DNA of 64,000 nt from Azolla caroliniana (Eukaryota; Plantae; Polypodiophyta). Shown piece by piece: positions 11,433 through 24,718 of this stretch. The stretch covers positions 15,500,001-15,564,000 of the forward strand of contig JBHGNT010000001.1 of NCBI GenBank assembly GCA_043228905.1. Direction: 5' to 3'. Below the pieces are notes generated by a model, which was not told where the DNA came from, ran no database searches, and worked only from the letters and a program-made list of their open reading frames with translations. Made by a program: the position numbers and the translations under genes. Position 1 is the first letter of the stretch, and every line of letters starts with the position of its first letter.

Positions 11433-14085
11433 TGTCATGCCTTTCGGCACCGGATCATTGTGTGAGTCGGGTGGGAACCGCTGGGGTTTTCTACGAATAG
11501 ATTGCAAGATGAAGATATGAAACTCATGAATCCCACGAGTATAATGTATTAATTTGATACTTAGATTGTAAGAGAGAAATAGATGGTCAAATCGTGAATC
11601 CCACGAATATTTTATATTAATCAACCTTTATAAAAAATCAACAACCATATACATCTTTTCTCTCTTCCTTATATAGTGATGGAAGAGGCTAAGCATAGCA
11701 TCATGCTTTTTCCTAAAGTGTTCATGCACACTAGATGTGCATGAGTTGCCTTTTTCAACCATGCTTTTTTATTTCCTAAATATAGTGCTCATGCACACTA
11801 GATGTGCATGAGTAATTGGCTTGCGTTTTTCTTCCAAATAAAGTTCTCACGCACTCTAAAAGTGCATGATTTACTTTTTTGTAAAAATAGGCGTAAATAT
11901 AGCTCTTATACCTATTAAATTTATATTTAGATTACTTATGATAAGTTAGTGCAATGGTAAAGTTTGGGTTTGTTTACATGGAGGTATAGGGTTCAAATCT
12001 TGCCCTATGCATGTAACAATATTTTTTAATATTTTCTTTTATTTATTTATGCATACTTAAATCGGATATATTTTTTACATATTTCACATAGTGTGCAAAT
12101 TACACTACGACAGTCACCCCCTCCAAACCCGCACATCCTCCGGTATGTGCCGAAGTTCCTGATGCTTGTTATTCGCCTTCATCCGTAGCACTCTATGATT
12201 CTCCCCTTATGTCGATTATCAATTGTAGTCCACTTTCTTCCCTTTCCACATCACCACGATCTTTGTCCGATTGCTCCTCTTTGTCGATCTTGTCTAAGCT
12301 TACATAAGGTTCGTCGTTAGTCTGCTTCTTGAAAATATTCACCTGTTTCCCCACTATAGGCACCTGTAGTACTGTTCCATCTACGCATAGTTAGCAAGTT
12401 CCGTTGTTGAAATCTTTTTGAACCTCGTATGGCCCGAACCACCTTTTAGCAAACTTTTGTATTGTTGTATGTTGATGATTCAAACTACTGTCATAGACAA
12501 TCACCCAATCTCCTTCTTCAATCTTCCGTGATCGTAGTCGATGCTTTGTGTCATAACGACTTTTGTTCCGGAATCACGCTTCCTGTTGTCGGCGTGTTGC
12601 TTCCGCTAGTTTTCGTATCCGGACCGCTACTAGTTCTTCCCGGCTCATTTCTTCCATCCACGGTAGTAGTGTCCATGTTGCAATTGTGGTTTCCGTCGGC
12701 ATTACCGGTGCTTGTCCGGTCATAAGTTCGGCTGGCATATAACCGGTCACGGAACTATGCGTCGTGCGATCCGCCCATAGTGCATACGGAAGCATCTACG
12801 ACCAAACCTTCACCTTTTCGTCGCATGCTTTTGCAAGTGCTTTAACAATTGGACTATGTCCTCGCTTGATCTTTCCGTTGGCTTCCGGATTGTATGTCGT
12901 AGTTAGTGTTAAGTGTACTCCATGTTTGACGAAGAATTCCCTAGCTTTATCAGAGTTAAGTTCTCCCTGATCCGCAATCACTTGTCCTACGCACCCGTAC
13001 CTACAGAACACTTCTTCCAAGAGAAATTGGCATACTGCGGAACATGTTTTCCTCCGTACTGCCCGTCCTTCTACTTGGTTTGTTAGATCTTCGCGGGCTA
13101 ATACCAAGTACTTCTTTTGTCCAATCCCGGTTGGCATGGCCCCAATGTCGACCATCCATTGGAAGTTGATTGTCAGTGAGAATGTTGGATGTAATTCATC
13201 TTGTTGTCGAACTCCGGAGTAGATTTGACATTTCTCACAGCTTTCTGTGAACTCCGCTACATCTTTGTACATATTCTTCCACCAATATTTTTGTTTGATC
13301 TTCGCAAATGTTGCCCATTTTCCCCGATGTCCAGCCCAATTGGATTCATGAAATTCGGACATCATCTAGTTTTGTTGCTCTTTTGTTCCGACTACCTGTA
13401 GTGGTATACCATTTGGTCTTTTCGGCTCCCTCTAGATTAATCCATTGTTCAAGAAAAACTTATGGATTTTCCACTTCTTACTTCGGATCTCGGCTCTCTT
13501 TTCTTTATTGTCCGATGATTCCTCGATTTCTCGTAGCACTTTCCCGACCAGCAAACTTTTTCACTCGTATTCTTCTTCCCGGAATTCTCGGATTACATTC
13601 ACCCGGCATATGTGCTCCGAAGTAAAGTAGTTTTCGGAAACTTCTTCATTATCGAATTCAGCTATGTCGTCTCCGAACTGTGCCCTTACTAGCATATCTG
13701 CTACCGTGTTGTCTTTTCCAAAGATGTGTCATATCTCCAGATTAAGCGACTTTACATATGCAATCCATCTTAGCATAGCCACATGCGGTATCATGCAACA
13801 CCGCATCATCCCGAGTATTAGAAGACAATCCGTTTCGATCACTACTTCGGCTCCAATTAAGTAATCTTGATCTGATTTTATCGCTGACACAACTCCCCAT
13901 AATTCTCTTTTAACTTGTGCATATTCGCGTTGCCTTTCGTTGAGAACCTTTGCTCCGAATCGGATTGGATATCGTGAACCATCCGAATCCTCTTGATTGA
14001 TGACCCATCCGATCCCGGTTGGACTTGTATCAACCGTTACTATAATCGGTCGGTCATAGTTCGGCTTCTTAAGTGCTTCTGCCTT
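11433..14085 (-). mobile_element. Truncated non-chromovirus Gypsy (Phygy/Selgy-like): 3' LTR 11433-12112, PPT, integrase and RNase H remnants
   Basis: TGTCATG...TACGACA LTR and minus-strand PPT GGAGGGGG. Integrase ORF 12796-13365 (GHRG, CEKCQ, YNPEANG). Same family as 32145-37530. Confidence 0.85.
11937..12011 (+). promoter_or_regulatory. tRNA-like Pol III A-box/B-box module inside a Gypsy LTR (antisense to the element)
   Basis: TAGTGCAATGG (11947) and GGTTCAAATCT (11990) at tRNA-like spacing. Ends CCCTATGCA, with a T-run shortly downstream. Confidence 0.6.
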
Positions 14086-16467
14086 CGCCGAATGGCGACC
14101 CTATCTGGCTGGGGCCCAACATCGTATTCAGGTGCTGACGGACCACAGGAATCTCATCTACTTCACCACCACTCGTACGTTGAATCGGCGGCAGGCTCGA
14201 TGGCCATATTTTTTCGCCAACTATGACTTCAAAATCTTGTTTTGACCCGACGTTCAACATGGGATAGCGGATGCTATCTCTCAGCGACCCGACTTTGCAT
14301 TACGCCCAGGTGACGATGCATATTCTCAACAATCACATTGTTTATTGCGGCTCGATCAACTCCACATGTTTGCAAACTATATGTTGCATGATATTTCCTT
14401 GCTCAACGAGATCGCCTAAGCAACCATGTCGGACCCTTTCGCTACTGACATAATGGCGCGCCTTAACAACCCATCCCAAGAAATGCAAAGCTTAGATCTT
14501 AGTCACTTTACAACTCAGGATGGGCTACTCTATCGTAATCACCCCCTTTACGTACTAGCTCGTCCATGTCGCATCCGAGTACTACAAACTTGCCACGATG
14601 ATCCTCTTGTCGGACACTTTGGGGTCGTGAAAACACTGGCGTTGTTATCTCAGGGGTTTTGGTAGCCCCAACGTTGGAAATTGGTCAAAGAATTTATCAA
14701 AAGTTGTGACGTTTGTGCTCGCTCCAAAGCGGCTAACCATCGTCCATAAGGCCTTCTACACCCACTTCCAATTCCCAGTCGACCTTGGGCATCTCTCTCC
14801 ATCGACTTTATCACCGACCTTTCTCGGGTCGGTGACCATGACACAATGCTAGTGGTTGTCAATCGGTTTTCGAAGATGGCTCACTTTGTCCCACGTGCAA
14901 ACACTATTTTGGGGGAGAAGACGGCTGGCCTTTTTCCCCGAACAATACCTTTGGTGTACAGTCAGCTACCAACAAGATGATTGGGTGGACTTCCTTGTCA
15001 TGGAAAAATTTGCCTACAATAATAGTATCCATGCCGCAACTAAGTGTTCCCCATTCTTTGCAAACTATGGTTTCCACCGTCATTTTAGCATTTCCATTCC
15101 GGAGACTTCCGCCAATCCGTCGGCCGAGAGGCATGCCCACACCTTACAAGAAGTCCATCGTGACCTCTCCCTTGAGCTCCGTGCCGCTGGAAAACAATTT
15201 AAAGCTTACGTTGACCGACATCACTTGGTCACGCTGACTTCTACAGACATTTGAGACTTTTGTGAACTTGTCAACTGCACACCACCCTCAAACTGATGGC
15301 CAAACTGAAAGAGTCCACCAAATCCTCAAACAATACCTCTGGTCTATAGTCAACTACCAACAAGATGATTGGGTGGACGTCCTTGCCATGGTAGAATTTG
15401 CCCACAATAATAGTATACAAGCCTCAACTAAGGTTTCCCCATTCTTTGCAAACTACGGTTTCAACCCTCGTTTCAACATTTCCATTCCGGAGACTTTTGC
15501 GAATACATCGGCCGAGAGGCGTGCCCACACCTTACAAGATGTCCATCGTGACCTCTCCCTCGAGGTTCATGCCGCTAGAAAACAATATAAAGCTCACATT
15601 GACCGACATTCGCAATTGATGACATGGTTCGGCTGCTACGTCGCCACATCGCAACCACCAGTCCTTGCGTGAAGCTGGACTACAGAAAGTTAAGGCCCTT
15701 CCGTATCCTCGAGCGCGTTAAACCAGTCACCTTCCGGTTAGTGCTTCCCTCCACATTTCGGGCTCACAATATTTTCCACGTCTCTCTTCTTGAACCCTAC
15801 TATCCTTCTCGCATTCCGGAATGACAACCTCTGCCGCCACCGCCCGTGGACTTATCGACAGGTGAGGAGTACGAGGTTGACTGGATCCTTGACTCCTGCT
15901 TGCGTCGTCGAAGACTTCTTTACTTGGTCTTATGGAAAGGTTACCCTCTTTCAGATGCAACATGGGAACCAGTTACACATTTACAAAATGCGCCCGAGAC
16001 AATTCGCGCTTTTCATCAACGATACTCTCATAAACCGATTGCGGGTGTTAGGAGGCGGCCTTAGAGGGAGGATAATGTCATAGACATATGCTACGGAGGA
16101 AGGTAGGGATTGAACCGAAGAACTCATGGTCTCTATTGGGCAACCCTACCAATTGAGCTACCTATGCATCCTTGTACCAAATCCAACTTCATGTAGTGTA
16201 GATTGAACATTGGAAGTTTCTAGCTTGGACACATTCTCATGCATTCTCTATTGCATGCATCCTCATGCATTCTCCATTACATGCATACTCTATTTCTAGC
16301 TATAGCTTACATAGCCCTACCTTCTTGTATAAATACTCGGGTGCACCTTGATTGTATCAAGGTGAACAACACCAGTTACGGATTCTATAATTTGAGTTAT
16401 TGTTCTTTTCCTCTCTCTTGTGTTCTATTCTTCTCTTCTCTTTTCTCTATTATAGTTGTCCGAGACA
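14086..16467 (+). mobile_element. Truncated chromovirus (Tcn1-like) Gypsy: RNase H, integrase, chromodomain, PPT and 3' LTR 16076-16467
   Basis: EWRPYL...TDHRNL...LNRRQARW (RNase H), HHPQTDGQTER (integrase) and chromodomain EYEVDWILD...YLVLWKGY...TWEP (15846-16064). PPT AGAGGGAGGATAA is followed by TGTCA...AGACA. Confidence 0.85.
16098..16168 (-). promoter_or_regulatory. tRNA-like Pol III A-box/B-box module at the U3 start of the chromovirus LTR (antisense)
   Basis: Minus strand reads GCATAGG TAGCTCAATTGG TAGGGT...GGTTCAATCCC, with A and B boxes at tRNA spacing. Confidence 0.6.
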
Positions 16468-17910
16468 CCGAAATGTTGTGAGCGTAGGTGGTAGTATGAA
16501 TCTAGAGATTGAACAGTTGGATGTCAAAGTAACATTCTTGCATCAGGATTTAGATGAAGAAATCTATAAGCTGGTAGAGAAAGGAAAACCGAACCTTGTG
16601 TGTCAATTGAGGAAAAACATGTATGGTTTGAAACAAGCTCCACATGTTCAAGTCCTTCATGTTGGAGTAATGGGTTCCATAAAAAAGAAGCTGATCTTTG
16701 TTTGTAAAAGGGTATGATAAAGGTGACTTCTTGATTCTCTCATTGTATGTAGATAACATGTTATTAGTCGGACAAGACACAAAGAAGATCGTGAGCTTGA
16801 AGAAAGCATTAGGCAAGTCGTTTGCCATGAAAGATGTTGGGCGGGCTAAACAGATCTTGGGAGTAGACATAGTTCGGGATAGAACTAAGAACGTACAATG
16901 GCTTTCACAAGTGAAATATGTGACAAAGATCTTGGAAAGGTTCAATATGTCGAAAGCAAAACCAGTCGGATCTAAATTGCCGACAAATTGCAAGCTGAAT
17001 GCCAAGCAATGCCCAAAAGGGAAGGAGGAGAAGGCTGATATGAGGAAAGTACCGTATGCCTCCGCCATCGGAAGTTTAATGTATGCTATGGTCTGTACGA
17101 GATAGACATAACATTTGCAGTCGAAACGGTGAGTCGATACATGAGTAATATAGGAAGAGAACACTGGGCAGCAGTAAAGTGGATACTCAAGTACTTGAAA
17201 GGCACCTCAAGGGTGTGCCTTAGGTATGGTTTCGGAAAACCTGTGCGCGAAGGTTTTACTGACTCAGACATGTCAAGGGATGCAGACTCAAGTCGATCCA
17301 CTTCCGCTTATGTGATGACTTATGCAGGGGGAGTAATGTAGTGGCAATGAAGACTATAGAAGGTTGTGGCTTTGTTAACCACAGAGGCAGAGTATATGGC
17401 TTCGGTAGAGGCCAGTAAAGACCTGATTTGGATGAAGAACTTTCTTAGTGAATTGGGAATGAAGCAAGAAAGATTCTAACTTGACTACGATAATTAGACA
17501 ACCATACACTTAGCCAAGAACGATGGCTATCACTCTTGAACAAAGCATATACAAAGAAGGTATCACTGGTTATGAGAGAAGGTGGATCAGGAGGAGTTTA
17601 CCCTTGTCAAAATCCACACTGACGATAATGGATCCGACATGCTCTCAAAATACCTACCTATGGACAAACTCAAAATCTGTTGACATAATATAGGACTTGC
17701 CTACTCTGGCCATAGGAGTGAAGGGGGAGTTTGTTAGGATTTTGTCCCTCCTAAGGGAGAGGTCAGTTAGCGGACATGGAGAGTTGACAATAGTGGATAG
17801 AGGATCCAAGTCAAAGACAAGACTGACTAGTTAGGCCGACTGGATAACAGACATAGTAGTGGGCTAGTCAAATCGACTAGGCAAATAGTCGGTTGATTTA
17901 CAATTATTAT

Positions 17911-18692
17911 TATTATTATATAATGATAAGAATAACTTACCCCCTATCTATAGATATGTAAAAGCTAGGGCAAACTCAGTAGTTGTAGAGTACAAGATTG
18001 TAAACGATTACTTGCGGAAGCGTTAGAAAGCAGAGAAAGCAAAGAATACACAGAGTACACGGGAGAGACAGAGAGAGTAGAACGTAAAAGCTATACTCTG
18101 TACATACAACTGTGCTCAGTAGCACTATTTATACAAGTCCTCGTGGGACTGACAAAAGTATTATTATATAATGATAAGAATAACTTACCCCCTATCTATA
18201 GATATGTAAAAGCTAGGGCAAACTCAGTAGTTGTAGAGTACAAGATTGTAAACGATTACTTGCGGAAGCGTTAGAAAACAGAGAAAGCAAAGAATACACA
18301 GAGTACACGGGAGAGACAGAGAGAGTAGAACGTAAAAGCTATATTCAAAAACGATAAAAACACTCTGTACATACAACTGTACTCAGTAGCACTATTTATA
18401 CAAGTCCTCGTGGGACTGACAAAAGTATTATTATATAATGATAAGAATAACTTACCCCCTATCTATAGATATGTAAAAGCTAGGGCAAACTCAGTAGTTG
18501 TAGAGTACAAGATTGTAAACGATTACTTGCGGAAGCGTTAGAAAACAGAGAAAGCAAAGAATACACAGAGTACACGGGAGAGACAGCGAGAGTAGAACGT
18601 AAAAGCTATATTCAAAAACGATAAAAACACTCTGTACATACAACTGTGCTCAGTAGCACTATTTATACAAGTCCTCGTGGGACTGACAAAAG
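17911..18692. repeat. Tandem triplication of a 267-bp unit spanning an LTR/LTR insertion junction
   Basis: Near-identical units at 17911-18158 (with a deletion of about 19 bp), 18159-18425 and 18426-18692. Confidence 0.9.
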
Positions 18693-21600
18693 TACCGCGT
18701 ACTTCAATGCTCACACGAGCATTTGACACTTACTACAAGACTATAACTGCCTAGTAGTCTAAACTAATACTAGGCTTTTGGTTACCGATTGGATCCGGCT
18801 AATCGGCTCTATTGCTTGCCGGCTCGGTTGCTCACCGGCTTACCGATCCGTCTCGCTTGCCGGCTCAGGCTTATCCAGACGATCCGGCTCCAGTTGAGCT
18901 TGCCGCTCAACACTCCCCCTCAAGCTCAACTTGAGGTTGGATCCTAGTGTCAACGTTTGTGGCAGTCGGTTCTTCCAACCGACTTCTCCTGGCGTCACAG
19001 GTGGCAATGGTAGCGTCCCGATACTCAGCCTCAGTGCTCGACAGAGCAACTCTTTGCTGCTTTTTGCTGCTCCACGCAACGGCCGCGCTACCTAGGAAAA
19101 ACATGTAACCGGAGGTTGATCGGTGATCTGATGCATCGCCGGCCCAGTCGGCATCTGTGTATACCGCGCCGGTATAACAGGCCCCAGTCCTTCGTGCCGC
19201 TTACATATCACAGTATCCGTTGCGCGCATTGAAGGTGCTCCACGGTCGGCTTCTGCATGAACTGACTTATCATTCCGACCGGATAGTTGATGTCGTGTAG
19301 CGTGATTGTCAAGTAAATAAGGCTTCCGACAATTTGTCGGAACCGTTGCTCGTTGCAGGCTGGTCCGGAGCTGGGACGAAGGGTGTGGAGACAGGTTGGC
19401 ATTCTGTCATGCCAAACTTGTACAACATATTCAAGACGTAATGTCGTTGTGAGAGCAATATGCCGTCGAGGGTTCAGATCACCTCGATCCCAAGAAAATA
19501 ATGAAGGTCCTCCAGGTCCTTCATTTGAAATGCAGACGAGAACTGGGACTTGACGCGATTGACTTCTCGAAGACCCGGTCCGATGATGACTAAATCATCA
19601 ACATACAACAGGATACATACCGGACCGGTTGAGCCTTGTCGGATGAACAACGAAGAGTTGGAATTGGAGGTCGCAAACCCCATCTTACACATACAGTGCG
19701 TGATCTTCGCATTCCAAGCGCGAGGGGCTTGCTTCAGGCCGTACAACGACTTCTTCATCCGGCATACTGCCGACTTGTTAATCTTTGATTGAAAACCGAG
19801 GGGTTGAGTCATAAAGACTTCTACTTCAAGATCACCCTGAAGAAACACATTCTTCACATCCATGTGGTGAAGATGCCACCACCTTGCATCACCAACCGCC
19901 AGCACCACAAGAACCGTCGTCATCTTCGCTACCGGAGCGAAGGTCTCGTCGTAGTCAATTCCATGGGTCTGCGCGTATCCCTTCACCACTAGCCAGGCCT
20001 TGTACCGGTTAACTGAACCGTCGGCATTGTACTTTACCTTGTACACCCACTTGCATCCAATCGGTTTACAGTGACGGGGAGGGTCAACTAGGTCCCATGT
20101 CTCGTTGACATCAAGTGCCCACATTTCTTCCTCCATAGCGGCACGCCAATTGGTGTCCTTTGCCGCTTCTACGTAGCTCTCCGGCTCACGCACTTCCGCC
20201 ACCTTAGTCATGTACGCATAGTAATGCGCCATGTACTCTTTGTACCCGTACCGCTTGACGGGATCCTTTTGGCGGGTGGACCGGCGTAACTCACCGTTAC
20301 CCGGTTTGAGGCCCTTCTTGGCCAGTTCAGTCTTCGTTGCTGGTTTCGAATTCCGGCATCTTCTTCGTCCCCTTCTCTGTGAGCGTGAATCGTCTCCTCT
20401 GTTCCTTGCGCGGGGAGTGCACGGCGGAGTCTCCACTACTCGTTGGTTCCTGATCGGACTGGTCAGATTGACTCAGTCTCTCATTGGGCCCGCTCAACCG
20501 GAACGTTTCCGGACTCTCATCCTGAGTCCATGCTTCATCAACCTCTACCTAGGCCGGATCAGGCTCACTACCCTCATCCACCGGCATCGGGTCGGAATCA
20601 AAAGTCGGAGTCGGTAAGGAATACGATGATGCTGATTCATCGAACTCGACATCTCGACTAACTTTGACCTGCTTTGTCCAAGGGTTATAACACTTATAAC
20701 CCTTTTGCTCTTCAGCATAGCCGACTAGGATCCATTTTTCCGATTTTGCATCCAGCTTCGTCTGCTTCTCATCTGGTACATGCACATATGCAATGGTACT
20801 GAAGATCTTAAGGTGTCTCAACTTCGTCTTGCGTCCGAAATACAGCTCGTGAGCTGACACGTTGTCACCAATCTGGTTCTGGATGTACACAACCGTTTGG
20901 ACTGCCTCCGCCCAGTAGAATTTGGGCATGCTCTTCTCTTCCAGCATTGCCCTTGCCGCATCAATAAGCGACCGGTTCTTCCTTTCGGCAACACCGTTCT
21001 ATTGCGGTGTGTATCTGTAACTGAACTCTCGCCGAATTCCCTTTTGCTGCAAATAACTGTTGAATTGGCCGGAGAAGTATTCTTTTCCGCCATCCGACCG
21101 CAAGCATTCGATCTTCCTCTCCGATTCCTGTTCCACCATGATTTGGAGACTCCAGAAACACTCGAAGACTTCACTCTTCCGCTCAATGAGGTAGATCCAG
21201 TTGTGCTGCGTATAGTCGTCGATGAAGGAGATGAAATATCGACTCCCGCCAAGACCAACATTCTGTGTCGGTCCCCACACATCAGAATGAATAAGGTCAA
21301 GCTTATTACGGCTTCGGTTACGTTCGGTAGGGAATGGAAGCCGGTGTTGCTTCCCAAGTTGGCAGGCTTCACATACTTGGGCCTTCCGGCCGTTGAACTT
21401 TGGCAAACCGAAAACAACTTGTTTCGTTTGTAGGTCTTGAAGCCTCCGGTAATTGACGTGGCCTATCCGCTTGTGCCACAGGTCGATGTCCGATTCGACC
21501 TTCTATCCTTTTGCAAACAGAGCGGTGTCGACATCATTGGTGTCGAGGATAAACATCCTCCCGTCTCTGCGCCCTTGCGTAATAATCTAACCCTCTTCCT

Positions 21601-23353
21601 CGATGAAGCACCCAAGGTGCGTAAACCGCACTTGCATCCCCTGGTCGACGATCTGTCCAACCGACACCAGGTTCTTCGTGATTGTCGGAACATGTAATAC
21701 GTTCATCAGCTTCCCCTTCTGTCCGACGTGGCTCAAAGGGACTTCTCTTACGTGCACGATTGGGTGAGGAGTGTAGTCTCCGGTTTTGACTACTCCTGGT
21801 TGATCCGGTTTCTCCAAGAAGGAGAACCACTCTTTGTGGCTCGTCATGTGGTTCAACACACTAGAATTAACATACCACACTTCCTCTGATTTGGAAGTGG
21901 TCTTCTTCATCGAGTTCGCCTCGTGCTTCATCACCAAGGCTGGACTGTTACCGTTCTTGGATCCTCCCGATCCCTTCGCGTAATGTGAGCTTTGCCGGCC
22001 ATCCATGCCGGCCTTGCCGGATCCGGATTTGTCCGACTCGGCGCATTTTCTCCAGCACTCGCTTTCTCTGTGGCCCTTTTTGCTACAGTACCAACATTCT
22101 GTTGCAGTTTTCTCTTGCCGTCTTCCGGTGCTGCCATGACTCCCCCTGCTCCCGGAGGGTCCGGAACTGCTGTTGGCACGTTCTCTGTGCCTTTGTTCCT
22201 GGTCTTGCCGGCCGCCTCCATTGCGTGCCGACCCGCCTCATCCACCACGCCGATGGGACCGATCCACTTCCGTGTACAACATATGCCTGTCAATGGGTGC
22301 GCTAGTTGACGCACCGGCGTGGTTCTCCTCAACAAGGAGCATCGACTGTAAGTCGAAAAATGACGGTGTATTCTCCCTTGTACATACCGTCGTTCAGAAC
22401 GCTCTGAACTTAGACGCCAGGCCCCCAAGATAGACCTGTACCATCTTGTCTTCCTCTACAGTAACGTTGATAGAGGCAAGGGAGTCACAGATCTCTTTGA
22501 TCCGGGCCGTGTAATCTACCACCGACATGTCCTTCTGTCGGACATTGCTCAACGCCTGTCGGAGTTGCAGCTTCCGGGCCGTAGTGCTCACAGCGAAAAC
22601 CTTCTTTAGGTTTCCCCAAGCCTCCTTCGGCGTCTTGGTGTCTCGGATGTGGCTCAGCAGCTGGTCTCCGACACTGGACGCGAAGCATTACATCACTCTG
22701 CTTGCCGATTGTTCCCCCACTGGGAAATCCTTATGTGTCGCATCGTGTTGTTTCGTTGGCTCCTTCGACGAAACTCCAGTAGCCATGCCCAAGCAGGTAC
22801 TGGTGCATCTTGTACGACCAAGATGTGTTGTTGGATCTGTCGAGTTTCTCCACAAGGAGTGAGCTAGCCCTTCCTCTATCCATCACTTCTCTGCCTGTTG
22901 TTCCTATGAGCTATTAGGGCTGCAGAGATTCTCAACCCTCGCGCTCTGATACCATGTAAACGATTACTTGCGGATGCGTTAGAAAACTAAGAAAGCAGAG
23001 AATACACATAGTACACGGGAGAGACAGAGAGAGCAGAACATAAAAGCTATATTCAAAAACGATAAAAACACTCTGTACATACAGCTGTGCTCAGTAGCAC
23101 GATTTATACAAGTCCTCGTGGGATTGACAAAAGTATTGCGTACTTCAATGCTCACACAAGCATCTGACACTTACTACAAGACTATAACTGCCTAGTAGTC
23201 TAAACTAATACTAGGCTTCCGGTTACCGATTGGATCCGGATAACCGGCTCTGTTGCTTGCCGGCTCGGTTGCTCACCGGCTTACCAATCCGTCTCGCTTG
23301 CCGGCTCAGGCTTATCCAGCTGATCTGGCTCCAGTTGAGCTTGCCGCTCAACA
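18514..23353 (-). mobile_element. Near full-length degenerate Copia element (LTRs 18514-18912 and 22955-23353, Met PBS)
   Basis: Two similar 399-bp TG..CA LTRs, PBS TGGTATCAGAGC at 22943-22954 (minus) and PPT AGGGGGAG. Gag, protease, integrase (20999-21406) and RT (19474-20436, YVDD) are in Copia order with frameshifts. No clean TSD. Confidence 0.9.
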
Positions 23354-24295
23354 GACATAACGGAACGTTAGATAGAGCTTTTGTACAATGTGTAATAGAG
23401 AGACTGAGAGAGAAAGTGTGAGTGAGCGGTGGCACAATTCTCAGAAACTTGCCAAGAACCCTAAGTGGGTATTCTCTGAGTCACAGAGAGTTGTAATTTG
23501 TTCCTCTCTCCTCTATTTTCTTTCCATATAATGGAATATCTGTTCCCGTGGTTTTCCCCTGCTTAGGGTTTCCATGTAAATACTGTGTACCGTGTTTTCT
23601 CGGTTGTTTGTTTTTGTTTCCGCGTTGTGTATTTCAGTTGATCTTTCTCCCTACATCTGTTGTTCGATCTCAACAAATGAAAGGGCATAAAATATTTCAT
23701 GAAACAAAAGAATGTATACCTAATGTTGTATCTACCAAGAGACGGAGCTCCACGTAAGCTTCAAAGTATAGTTGGAGGCATTGCTCCTATTAAGAAGTTC
23801 CTTAAGGCCTAACCTTTGATCCAAGAAATCTTGATAAGCCTCATTCAAGCCAAAAAGGAAAGGCAGAAAGAGTGGACCCTCAATGAGGTAGCCATTCGTA
23901 AAAACTCCAAACACACAATAAATGAAGAAGACGAAAACAACATTGAGAGGTGAAAGCACAAACTGAAAATTAACGTTGCCATCAACAAAGGAGATGGTGC
24001 ACCTGTCCATAAATCATTCAAATAAATGAGTATTCATGCTACCTATCCATAAAGCAATACACAGATCATGTATTGGGAAATAATATTTCGTTTGGACTGC
24101 ATATTCTAGGTAGCTCCGATAGGACATGTGCACCGAAAGATCATGGGCATTATGTTAATTAATATTTAGAGACGTAAGTTGCTTGCAACCTATGAATATT
24201 GAAAGATTCAATCCACAGTTATATCCCTATCCAATACATAGTCCAGGTATGAACTGATAATTAATTTTCAATAGCTTCTGGAAGCCAGGATTCCC

Positions 24296-24441
24296 ACCTA
24301 CCACTTAAGTCGTTATTGTGCTGGGCCACACGTGAATTCAAACGCTGAAACTTCAAAAGTCAGCGGGTCACACGTGAATGGCCTCCGACGTTTTCATCCC
24401 ATCCTCCACCGTTCATTCAATACGACTTTTCCCTATTTAAA
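24296..24441 (+). promoter_or_regulatory. Putative dirigent gene promoter: AC-I element, two G-boxes and a TATA-like box
   Basis: ACCTACC at 24296-24302. CACGTG at 24329 and 24371, both within a repeated GGGYCACACGTGAAT motif. TATTTAAA at 24434. Confidence 0.5.
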
Positions 24442-24718
24442 TACACCATTTATCTCCTTTCTTCTCATTATACACTAATCATTCCAAGCAACCACCACAC
24501 TACAACTTCAGCGCTTCTCTTTCATCCTCCCTTCACTACCAAACCTCTCTGCAATCAATCTTCACTGCTATCTTCTTCTGTTTCTTCGTAAAATATATTA
24601 TACATAATAAATTATTTGAGCTCAATTACAAATTTCCTGGCTATCTTCTTCTTCGTCTTCTCTTCGTAATTGTGTGAATTATATTATACATAAAAACTAA
24701 TTCAGCACAATTACAAAC

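Larger units (their letters stand above)
16475..23675 (+). mobile_element. Degenerate Copia 3' half (RT and RNase H, 16475-17715) with a 3' LTR (17732-23675) split by a nested Copia
   Basis: LYVDNML, PYASAIGSLMYAMVCT and FTDSD motifs. PPT GTGAAGGGGGAG precedes TGTTAGG. The LTR resumes after 23353 and ends TCAACA. Confidence 0.75.

Noticed and set aside
23732-24010. 92-aa ORF upstream of the dirigent gene
   Set aside because: No recognisable family or splice structure, so it is unsupported.
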